From positions 1 to 25,132 of IMG/VR virus record IMGVR_UViG_3300017911_002330: a DNA stretch of 25,132 nucleotides. One strand, given 5' to 3'. A program made the translations under genes and the position numbers. The notes under the pieces are model-generated. The model did not search any database, was not told where the DNA came from, and worked only from the letters and a program-made list of their open reading frames with translations. This stretch comes from a virus (taxonomy: Duplodnaviria; Caudoviricetes). Of this stretch, positions 1 through 6,904 are shown in pieces; positions within the stretch are counted from its first letter, which is position 1, and the number at the start of each line of letters is the position of its first letter.

Positions 1-236
1 TCTGACTCTGGCTTTACATTAAAATATTCACTATCACGTTCATCTTTTTCATTACCACGATTGGCACCAAACTTAGCAAGCTTGATATGTCTATTCGAAT
101 ATTCGTCAGAGTATTCAGTCGTTTCAAATACTCGGTACTCTACACCTCTACGCTTACTAATAGCATTGAAGATTGCCACACTAATGGCAGGTGACATCAT
201 CAGTGGTAGATTAGGATATGCCATTAATATTTTCAT
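1..236 (-). CDS. Partial (runs off window) probable B12-binding-domain radical SAM protein, N-terminus
   Basis: Not in ORF track. Manual translation from ATG at 236 (ATGA overlap with upstream stop): MKILMAYPNLPLMMSPAISVAIFNAISKRRGVEYRVFETTEY..., resembling the MKIL.IYPN...P..IA...A.LK..G..V..FDTT start of cobalamin-binding radical SAM enzymes; lies next to another radical SAM gene. The catalytic motif is outside the window. Confidence 0.6.
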   Translation of the reverse strand, partial: MKILMAYPNLPLMMSPAISVAIFNAISKRRGVEYRVFETTEYSDEYSNRHIKLAKFGANRGNEKDERDSEYFNVKPES

Positions 237-1192
237 CGATAATCTTCTAAGCTAAATTTTGTTCCATACATTTTATAATTCTCACGACCAAAGTTTGTAT
301 ACACTAAAACTTCAGGATCATCAATCAAAAAATCACAGTTCTTACAGAAGTCAGGCCAATCACCCATTTCATGTTGTTTGCGAAGCTTATTATATTCTTC
401 GCCATACCAAATATCCTTTAGAGTATTTACTGATCCATGACCTAAAACGGCTTCATCATCTCTACCTAAAACTTGACAGCAAGGATGTACTGCGCCTGTG
501 TTACCACCCAAGCCACCACTGCGTATGACAATATCAGGAGAAAAAGGGCGTCCACAGGTTTTTTTCTTACCAGCTCTATCATATAACGGATCATATACAC
601 CACTCCAATTATGCATTTTCCATATTTCTGTTTTTACATTTGCACTCATAACAATCTTACGATATTGCTCGACTTCATAATCAATATTATCATTATCTAA
701 AATCAAATGATATGTAGCTACAGTACAATCTGATTTTGATTTTACAACGTAGCGCTTCATTTCATGTAAATTAGATATAGTACGATAGAAGTTCTTGCTA
801 TTCATCCATTTAGAATAAGTATCGTAATCGTAACCAATAATAGAAAAACGAAAAAAAGATAATCCAGCATCAACACATTCCTCCATAAAGGCGCCGTTCA
901 TTCTGTAGCCGTTCGAAAAGATTACTGACTGAGCACCTGCATCCTTTACTACTTTAATATATTCTGGTAAATTCCGAACAATAGTTGCTTCACCAGATCC
1001 ATCAAGATTAACTACATTTAATCCAGCTTCTTTGCATTGATCGACATATCCCTTAAATTCATCAAGTGGCATAATGCCTGTCCATGCCTTCCCACGGGCT
1101 CCTGTACGCCCGTCAGCAAAAGTTTGTGGACACATCTCACAAGTATAGTTACAACCACCATTGACTTCAATTACTGCTCTATCAATTTTCAT
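233..1192 (-). CDS. Radical SAM protein with C-terminal SPASM/Twitch domain
   Basis: CNYTCEMC (CX3CX2C), LDGSGEA (GGEP-like), FSNG, C-terminal CGRPF...HPCCQ...LKDIW...CKNC. Start moved to MKIDRAV at 1192 (ATGA overlap with the upstream stop at 1189-1191). Confidence 0.92.
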   Translation of the reverse strand: MKIDRAVIEVNGGCNYTCEMCPQTFADGRTGARGKAWTGIMPLDEFKGYVDQCKEAGLNVVNLDGSGEATIVRNLPEYIKVVKDAGAQSVIFSNGYRMNGAFMEECVDAGLSFFRFSIIGYDYDTYSKWMNSKNFYRTISNLHEMKRYVVKSKSDCTVATYHLILDNDNIDYEVEQYRKIVMSANVKTEIWKMHNWSGVYDPLYDRAGKKKTCGRPFSPDIVIRSGGLGGNTGAVHPCCQVLGRDDEAVLGHGSVNTLKDIWYGEEYNKLRKQHEMGDWPDFCKNCDFLIDDPEVLVYTNFGRENYKMYGTKFSLEDYR

Positions 1193-2043
1193 TTTATTTG
1201 TTTTCCACAATATAGTTCGTACATCATATAGATGATTAGTAATGCTTCGACTACACCTTCAAAGTTTGGATTAACTGGAGATTGTCTAACTCTTTCATAG
1301 AACATCTTAACGCGTTCTGCTACGGCCGGATCTTTATCAAACTCCCAAACTTCTAGTGCACTTTCTAAACCTCTGTTCTGTGTCATAGGCCCAGAATTAT
1401 AATACCAAAAATCATCGTAGTAATATTCGTAATGATGCCTTGATTTTTTGTATTCACCTTGTAACTTATATATCTTACCCTTTAGAACATGAAATGATAT
1501 ACGTCTGCGTGGTAATTCTAAGTTAGATCGTTCATTATCAAACAAATCAAATGGCAAATGAAGATCTCGACCTTCTATAGTATTATCTCTTAAGTGCCAA
1601 ATCTTTTCAAAAAACTCTAACATACAATCAGCAAGTTCATGCCCAAGATAATATGTCTCGTATGCCAAACATCTATATCCTGCTCCTGCAATCTTATGAA
1701 ATGGTAATTTATCAAACTCCTTCCAATTATCAGTAGCATTAATTTTATGTAAAGCTTTGATATATTCTTTACACTCAGCGATGTGATCGCCGATAGCATC
1801 TTGAAACATAAACTGTTGTCTATAGCGTGGATGTTGGCCTGGATGTAGCTCTAAAGCTCGAGGTAATAATTTGATTAATTCGTATAATTCTTCTGGATCT
1901 TCATTCCATTCGAAATTATGGCCAGCCCATATGATTTCTCTCATATCATCATATGATAAAGCACTGCCTTTATACTTGTCGTAAAAAGCAGTGCCATACA
2001 TTTTTTCTTTTAATAAGTCAAGGTTCCATTTTGTTTTATAAAT
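1189..2043 (-). CDS. Hypothetical helical protein with a TPR-like segment
   Basis: Long ORF with HVLKGKIYKLQGEYKKSRHHY (TPR-like). The track's N-terminal extension overlaps tRNA-Pro and a structured RNA and is rejected. Start is either ATT at 2043 (8 nt after AGGAG) or ATG at 2001. Confidence 0.7.
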   Translation of the reverse strand: MYKTKWNLDLLKEKMYGTAFYDKYKGSALSYDDMREIIWAGHNFEWNEDPEELYELIKLLPRALELHPGQHPRYRQQFMFQDAIGDHIAECKEYIKALHKINATDNWKEFDKLPFHKIAGAGYRCLAYETYYLGHELADCMLEFFEKIWHLRDNTIEGRDLHLPFDLFDNERSNLELPRRRISFHVLKGKIYKLQGEYKKSRHHYEYYYDDFWYYNSGPMTQNRGLESALEVWEFDKDPAVAERVKMFYERVRQSPVNPNFEGVVEALLIIYMMYELYCGKQIK

Positions 2044-2060
2044 TGTCTTAACTCCTATTA

Positions 2061-2188
2061 TAAAATCAGCCAGGCAACCTTCCGCGGTGCTGCCTGGCCT
2101 ATCTCTCCGTACACCGAGAGAACGTGCATCATTACGAGCTGATGGCCACTCACCATTCCAAGAGCTGCAGACTCTTAGGTGGATTTTA
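2061..2188 (-). ncRNA. Putative structured RNA (128 nt; closing stem plus four hairpins) co-transcribed with tRNAs
   Basis: 7-bp closing stem UAAAAUC/GAUUUUA and hairpins at 2151-2181, 2124-2149, 2102-2121 and 2069-2098. G.U pairs work only on the minus strand. GC-rich relative to flanks. Begins 2 nt after the tRNA-Pro CCA. Confidence 0.7.
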
Positions 2189-2190
2189 AC

Positions 2191-2267
2191 TGGTCTCGGT
2201 AGCTGGATTCGAACCAACGACCCCTTGTACCCAAAACAAGTGCGCTACCAGACTGCGCTATACCGAG
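2191..2267 (-). tRNA. tRNA-Pro (anticodon UGG)
   Basis: CTCGGTA/TACCGAG acceptor stem, D-arm TAGCGCAGTCTGGTAGCGC, anticodon arm CTTGT-TTTGGGT-ACAAG, GGTTCGAATCC T-loop, encoded CCA. Confidence 0.97.
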
Positions 2268-2269
2268 AT

Positions 2270-2346
2270 TGGCGACCCCTGTAGGATTCGAACCCACGAC
2301 CTAGTGCTTAGAAGGCACTTGCTCTATCCAGCTGAGCTAAGGAGTC
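2270..2346 (-). tRNA. tRNA-Arg (anticodon UCU)
   Basis: GACTCCT/AGGGGTC acceptor stem, TAGCTCAGCTGGATAGAGC D-arm, AGTGC-CTTCTAA-GCACT anticodon arm, GGTTCGAATCC, encoded CCA. Confidence 0.97.
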
Positions 2347-2590
2347 ATTTATATTCTTCACAACTACACTCATAGTATTCTACTGTCTCTTCAGGATACC
2401 ATACAATGTAATCTTGATTTAACCACTTCGTGTATGGAATCAATCCTAGAAACTTCTTACGAACTTTAGAATATTTGTAAGTAACACCTAAACGATTTAC
2501 TTTTTTACGTTGAGGTAATACTTCAATCTCTTCATAATCGTAACCTGCTCCATAATCGATTATCAGGTATTTTTCATATGCCTGTTTCAA
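2345..2590 (-). CDS. Hypothetical protein (81 aa, Tyr-rich)
   Basis: ORF overlapping the stop of the upstream gene (TTGA); its own stop overlaps the tRNA-Arg 5' end. Confidence 0.7.
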   Translation of the reverse strand: MKQAYEKYLIIDYGAGYDYEEIEVLPQRKKVNRLGVTYKYSKVRKKFLGLIPYTKWLNQDYIVWYPEETVEYYECSCEEYK

Positions 2591-3048
2591 CGAATAAACT
2601 CTACTACGTAACGTTTGCCATTCAAATAGAAGCGAATAGTAGAATGGCTATAAACTTCTTTTTCAACTTGTTGATATGTGTTCATTGTATCACATTTTTC
2701 AACCATTTGATACCCTATAATGCGCCGTTCTGATTTATTTTGTCCGCCTTTATCGGCGCCAATTAATCCACCAATCACAGCACCTGCGGCTGCACCATCA
2801 TCTTTACCTGATATTCCTTTACCAAGAATACCACCGATAATCATACCAGCTAGAGCACCTTCGGCCGCATTACCTTTTCGCTGAACGTTTTCATAGATCG
2901 GCATTTGTACATCACGGCAAAATGTGTCAGTGATTGGCACATTCGTATATATCGTTTTATTATGATCGTAAATTTTAATACGATCGACTTTATCGGCAGC
3001 TGCAGCCGAAGCTGCTAGCGCTAATGTAAATGTTAGTGTTTTCATCAT
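2587..3048 (-). CDS. Secreted glycine-zipper 2TM domain protein (YcfJ-like)
   Basis: Signal peptide MKTLTFTLALAASAAAA; glycine zipper GALAGMIIGGILGKGISG...GAAAGAVIGGLIG flanked by two Cys (FCRDV, EKCD). Confidence 0.85.
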   Translation of the reverse strand: MMKTLTFTLALAASAAAADKVDRIKIYDHNKTIYTNVPITDTFCRDVQMPIYENVQRKGNAAEGALAGMIIGGILGKGISGKDDGAAAGAVIGGLIGADKGGQNKSERRIIGYQMVEKCDTMNTYQQVEKEVYSHSTIRFYLNGKRYVVEFIR

Positions 3049-3272
3049 TTGTCAGTATCCCTTGTAAATTCTGTGACCATTTCATCAACAAGACTAATGA
3101 TCATATCGACATCATCTTGTTCCATTGCAGGCAATACTTTAGCATACATGCCAGCAATAATATTATCTTCGATATTATCACGATTAGCTTTACCGTTTAT
3201 AAAAGGCAAATGCCATTTATTAGCCATGATATCAAGAACCATATGTCCTTGAGTTTCAGTTGTTAGTAACAT
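3045..3272 (-). CDS. Hypothetical protein (75 aa)
   Basis: Start reassigned to MLLTTE at 3272, preceded by SD AAGGAG and just after the upstream stop at 3274-3276. Confidence 0.75.
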   Translation of the reverse strand: MLLTTETQGHMVLDIMANKWHLPFINGKANRDNIEDNIIAGMYAKVLPAMEQDDVDMIISLVDEMVTEFTRDTDK

Positions 3273-3273
3273 A

Positions 3274-3504
3274 TTACCACTCCTTCTTATAGCCCATTTC
3301 TTCGTTCCAGTCATAACCAGCATAATAATCAGCAATTGCTTCTTTTGACATTCCATACTTAGGAACTAGAATAGAATCGTTAGTTCCGCCAGTAAAAAAA
3401 TGAGGCTTAACAGGACGGCCGTAGTAACTATCAGCCGCTCCCCGGTCGAAAGGGCCTCCATGGCGGGCATCAAACTTTTTACCTTCATACTCAACATATC
3501 CCAT
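3274..3504 (-). CDS. Small phage hypothetical protein (RHGGPFDRGAADSYYGR motif)
   Basis: SD GAGGAGG, TAATG coupling; motif recalled from T4-like phage early proteins. Confidence 0.8.
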   Translation of the reverse strand: MGYVEYEGKKFDARHGGPFDRGAADSYYGRPVKPHFFTGGTNDSILVPKYGMSKEAIADYYAGYDWNEEMGYKKEW

Positions 3505-3740
3505 TATACTTCCTCCTCATGAGGCATTTCTAAACCAGTAAAACCTTCTTGCATCCAACCGCGATCTTCAGCGTGTGCTTCTATGATTCTATGGTAATTG
3601 ATTTGTGGCCATAGACCTTCTTTTTGGCCCCACTTCTTCATGTCTGATTGAATCATAATAGACTGTTCACCTTGAGCAGGCAATGCATTGATACGATCAG
3701 ATTCATTTTCGATAAATAAAATTTCTGAGAAAAATGTCAT
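3504..3740 (-). CDS. Hypothetical protein (78 aa)
   Basis: SD GGAGG, TAATG coupling on both sides. Confidence 0.75.
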   Translation of the reverse strand: MTFFSEILFIENESDRINALPAQGEQSIMIQSDMKKWGQKEGLWPQINYHRIIEAHAEDRGWMQEGFTGLEMPHEEEV

Positions 3741-4015
3741 TATACTACACCTCCACCTAGTTTTTTCCAGTCATTATAGACATCAGGATATTGCATTAGA
3801 GCGACTTCGATTGACTCACGAATAGCAGTATCTGCTTCGTCTAAAATAGCGAATGCTTTCAAACGCTGACCCATAGTAAGATTGAACGATACAGCTTCGA
3901 TAACTGCGACATCATCTAGATAACAACGCTTCAAGTCTGCGTCCATTACGCGAGTCAAGCTATTAGCGATCGCTTTGTATTCGTCTGCAAGTTTGATTAG
4001 TGATTCAAAAGCCAT
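3740..4015 (-). CDS. Hypothetical early protein (91 aa)
   Basis: Start MAFES at 4015 with SD AAGGAG; first gene after an early-type promoter. Confidence 0.8.
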   Translation of the reverse strand: MAFESLIKLADEYKAIANSLTRVMDADLKRCYLDDVAVIEAVSFNLTMGQRLKAFAILDEADTAIRESIEVALMQYPDVYNDWKKLGGGVV

Positions 4016-4041
4016 AGTATTCTCCTTCATTTGATATATCT

Positions 4042-4070
4042 ATCCTACACTATTAAAAAGCAAATGTACA
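4042..4070 (-). promoter_or_regulatory. Sigma70/T4-early-like promoter TGTACA-N17-TAGGAT
   Basis: -35 at 4065-4070, -10 at 4042-4047, exact 17-nt spacer, upstream A/T tracts. Confidence 0.75.
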
Positions 4071-4098
4071 CAAAAAAGCGCCGAATAAAATGTAACTA

Positions 4099-4111
4099 AA
4101 TCAATCACTTG
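4099..4111 (+). promoter_or_regulatory. IHF-consensus site
   Basis: AATCAATCACTTG matches WATCAANNNNTTR, has an AT-rich 5' flank, and is intergenic about 30 bp upstream of the -35 above. Confidence 0.55.
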
Positions 4112-4131
4112 TAATTTTTTTCAAAAAAGTT

Positions 4132-4248
4132 TTATTTTGTCACTGCATCAACCATTATCATTGCGTAACCGAGAGTCCTGATATCTACCGCTTCTATTCC
4201 CTCCCAGTCCTTCTCCATTATTCTTCTCGCGCATTCTACTACTGTCAT
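4132..4248 (-). CDS. Small hypothetical protein (38 aa) MTVVECARRIMEKDWEGIEAVDIRTLGYAMIMVDAVTK
   Basis: Not in track; GGA SD 6 nt upstream; fills the gap before the promoter region. Confidence 0.5.
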   Translation of the reverse strand: MTVVECARRIMEKDWEGIEAVDIRTLGYAMIMVDAVTK

Positions 4249-4298
4249 AATATATCCATCCATTCAAAACATTCACATCACTACAATCATCACAAGGA

Positions 4299-4592
4299 TC
4301 ATCGATAGGCTTCTCTGACACTGGCCAATGCTCCTTTAATACGAGTCGGATAATCACCGATATAGGTGCCTGCTTCCAACATATCTTTGTTTACACATTC
4401 TTTATGAATATGAGTAATTTCGTCCCAGTCTTTCAACATCTTCTTAGCTAAGAAATCAAAATCCCTATCTTCTAGAATCGGGTCATCTTCAACGTAGTAC
4501 GCATATGCGGCCATAAGATACCACGGCACACACATATTAATACTGTCATCGACTAGGTCGAAACAAGCTTTTCTTATTTCCTCTTTCGACAT
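4299..4592 (-). CDS. Stand-alone NAD+-dependent DNA ligase domain Ia-like protein (97 aa)
   Basis: AAYAYYVEDDPILEDRDFD matches LigA domain Ia (Y.Y...D.P...D.EYD). Start MSKEE at 4592 with SD AAGGA. No adenylation KxDG domain. Confidence 0.75.
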   Translation of the reverse strand: MSKEEIRKACFDLVDDSINMCVPWYLMAAYAYYVEDDPILEDRDFDFLAKKMLKDWDEITHIHKECVNKDMLEAGTYIGDYPTRIKGALASVREAYR

Positions 4593-5007
4593 CGAATAAT
4601 TCCTTAAGTTCTTTTTCTTTACGATGCGCTTCAATTTCCCAAGGTCTATCATCATACGGCATATCTGTGCTATAAACTTGTTTTGCAAATCGTACCTCAT
4701 GCACCCAATTCTGAACCATACGTTTAGAGACGTATTGCCACACATGAACCATCTCATGCAATATTGTACTAATCATTTCATCGAGGGGAAGTGATACATC
4801 GATGCGGATCGTAAACTCACGATCTCCTTCATCCATACAGTCGCCGTAAACTCCTTGCTTTTCTGCCAACTTACGTATCGTACGAATATTTATATAAACT
4901 GGTTTACGAATACGAGAAAGCATTTGAGAGGAAGCAAACATAATTGCATCCTCTATAGCACGCTTACGGTACTTTGCACACTTAGTTTCAAAATCAATAA
5001 TAATCAT
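4546..5007 (-). CDS. Zinc metallopeptidase (zincin, SprT-like/phage type)
   Basis: TILHEMVHVWQY (HEXXH) plus downstream PWEIEA third-ligand motif. Confidence 0.85.
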   Translation of the reverse strand: MIIIDFETKCAKYRKRAIEDAIMFASSQMLSRIRKPVYINIRTIRKLAEKQGVYGDCMDEGDREFTIRIDVSLPLDEMISTILHEMVHVWQYVSKRMVQNWVHEVRFAKQVYSTDMPYDDRPWEIEAHRKEKELKELFDVERGNKKSLFRPSR

Positions 5008-5013
5008 AAAAGT

Positions 5014-5042
5014 ATTCTATACTATATGATTTAATTTGTAAA
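5014..5042 (-). promoter_or_regulatory. T4-early-like promoter GTTTACA-N17-TAGAAT (likely leaderless transcript)
   Basis: -35 at 5037-5042, -10 at 5014-5019; ATG only 6 nt downstream of the -10, no SD. Confidence 0.8.
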
Positions 5043-5663
5043 CTAGTTTTTTGTGCGAATTTCTACATTTTCTGGAAGTTTTTCTTTGGCATTCGCATGC
5101 TTATGATACAATACGAATTGTTTGTCAGAAAACTCTGAGAATAGTTTTGGCCAAATAGGACGCCAGTTGTCCATTAGTCTTAAGCTATTTGTATTACCCC
5201 TATCAGAGTTTAGAATCATATCAGTAAAGCTTCGTGATGTAAAATCAAAGATAGAGTCAAATCCATACATATGGATCTCGTCACATTGTAACTTATTTGC
5301 TGCCCAATGTGTAACAAAATGACCGCAATTAAAATTAGTATAGCCTTGGCCTTGGTTCTCACCAGGCTTCATGCAATACTTAGGCAACACTGTATAAAAC
5401 TCTTTGATTCTATATGAATGCTTCATATACCAATCAGGATTTTTCTCGCTATACATCTTTGGCCTAAATCCACAAACCCATTCAGATGGAGGAGATACGC
5501 TGCCTTCATGAATAGCTCTGCACATTTTAAAGTCTACGATACCTGTAGCAAAAATGTTATTCACTTCAAATGGTGGTACGTTGCAAGTAATCTTCAAACC
5601 TTTAGAGGGTTTATACATTGCAGCCATATCGCCATTACCAATAATATGAGCTACTTTAGCCAT
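5043..5663 (-). CDS. Glycosyltransferase-like protein (sialyltransferase GT29/GT42 or Maf/MptE-like fold)
   Basis: AHIIGNG near the N-terminus, ITCN, NCGH.VT..A, EIHMYGFD motif; last gene of the glyco cluster. Confidence 0.55.
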   Translation of the reverse strand: MAKVAHIIGNGDMAAMYKPSKGLKITCNVPPFEVNNIFATGIVDFKMCRAIHEGSVSPPSEWVCGFRPKMYSEKNPDWYMKHSYRIKEFYTVLPKYCMKPGENQGQGYTNFNCGHFVTHWAANKLQCDEIHMYGFDSIFDFTSRSFTDMILNSDRGNTNSLRLMDNWRPIWPKLFSEFSDKQFVLYHKHANAKEKLPENVEIRTKN

Positions 5664-6276
5664 TCATCTGCCTCTTAATTTCCTCTTTACCTTTTGCACC
5701 AGTCCAATGCATAAGTTTAATATTTTTGGGAGCTGTCGAATCTAGCAAATCTAATCTTAGAGTATTATAAATTTTTGGTAGATCCTCTATATGTATCATA
5801 CGTTTCATGCCTTCTTTGACAAGAGCATGTAATACATCTTGATCACCAAACATCGGGTTTGGCCTTTGATCTACACGTGTAGTAGCAGATGCCCAATCTA
5901 TTAGAATAGATGGTGTTCCTTCGAAGGCCACGACACCACTATTATGCCAAGTCTCTTTACGTCTCATAGTCCATGGCTGATCGATTACCATTGATAATTT
6001 ATTTGGTTCAATATGATTCCAGATTTCATTGATATTACCACGCACTTCGATATCAGTATCAAGCCAACATACTCTATCGGCCTTCTTCGATGCATTAATC
6101 ATAGCAAATGGTTTTTTAAACCAACGTTGTTCTTCTGGAAAGGCTGTGTCAAAATCATAGACATATAGCTCAGCATCAGGATTGTGTTTATAAAAATTCT
6201 GTTTGAACCAATCTAGCTGCCAGCGTGTATTGCTATCACAGCCAGTAATAAAAAGCTTAGATAATTTTGTATTCAT
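5656..6276 (-). CDS. GT-A fold nucleotide-sugar glycosyltransferase (GT8-like)
   Basis: WFKKP, CWLDTD (DxD), HNSGVV, GDQDVL, YN, HWTG motifs. Start approximate. Confidence 0.8.
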   Translation of the reverse strand: MNTKLSKLFITGCDSNTRWQLDWFKQNFYKHNPDAELYVYDFDTAFPEEQRWFKKPFAMINASKKADRVCWLDTDIEVRGNINEIWNHIEPNKLSMVIDQPWTMRRKETWHNSGVVAFEGTPSILIDWASATTRVDQRPNPMFGDQDVLHALVKEGMKRMIHIEDLPKIYNTLRLDLLDSTAPKNIKLMHWTGAKGKEEIKRQMNG

Positions 6277-6904
6277 TATTAAATCCGTGTTTAGCCCAAC
6301 ATCCATCGACTTTTTGAATAGTAGTAAATGATTCTCTTACTTCGACTGGCCATGGATAAAATTCTTGTAAGAAAGGAAATCTACGTATGTCTAAGAACAC
6401 ATCAGTTGGTGCAGCAGAGTTATATGCCTCTTGAATTAACATATCTGCCATTTTGGGTTTTAATCTATAAGCATGCGCACCAGGAAAATAGAACTTAGAT
6501 GAAAGCGTATTCACACCTAAGATAGGTGGTATTCTAAAACTACCATATGACGGTTTTCCTAAGCTAATGCACCCATTATATTGAATATTATTTGGAAGAT
6601 AATCAACTAAGATTGCATCATGCTCAAAAATATGAAACTCTTCACCCGACTCACGACACATATCCCATAGTGTAAAATGAGATAAAAACGCAGCAATACA
6701 ATTTGGCATCCGAGAATATTTTTCAGCAAAGCTATCCATCGGCAAGCCAAGCTCTTTTAGCTTCTCTTCTACGTTTGTATTGCGTGGAGTAACTGCATCA
6801 AACTTTTCAATCTTAGACTCAAAGCGTTTGCCAGATGAGATACATCTATTAGCTGCTTTTACTGATTGCTCGATATCACCAATTGTGATTACATAATTTT
6901 TCAT
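6257..6904 (-). CDS. Glycosyltransferase family 25
   Basis: YVITI, FDAVTP, AAFLSH..LW, IFEHDA, PGAHAY.L.P, PTD. Confidence 0.85.
   Translation of the reverse strand: MKNYVITIGDIEQSVKAANRCISSGKRFESKIEKFDAVTPRNTNVEEKLKELGLPMDSFAEKYSRMPNCIAAFLSHFTLWDMCRESGEEFHIFEHDAILVDYLPNNIQYNGCISLGKPSYGSFRIPPILGVNTLSSKFYFPGAHAYRLKPKMADMLIQEAYNSAAPTDVFLDIRRFPFLQEFYPWPVEVRESFTTIQKVDGCWAKHGFNNEYKII

Noticed and set aside
2061-2190. Theta/HDV-like ribozyme, tRNA-Sec, SRP RNA or tmRNA identity for the structured RNA
   Set aside because: Could not build the HDV nested double pseudoknot from the G after CCA; no UCA anticodon, T-loop or CCA; no SRP domain IV internal loops; too short for tmRNA. A covariance search is still needed.
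2044-2217. N-terminal extension of ORF 1189..2217
   Set aside because: Starts inside tRNA-Pro and crosses the structured RNA; atypical composition; the SD lies downstream at 2052-2056.
4148-4357. Track ORF of 69 aa
   Set aside because: Overlaps the domain Ia gene and lacks an SD; the 38-aa ORF at 4132-4248 fits better, though neither is proven.
4887-4894. TATAAATA late-promoter match
   Set aside because: Inside the peptidase CDS, far from the next start; plausible by chance in AT-rich DNA.
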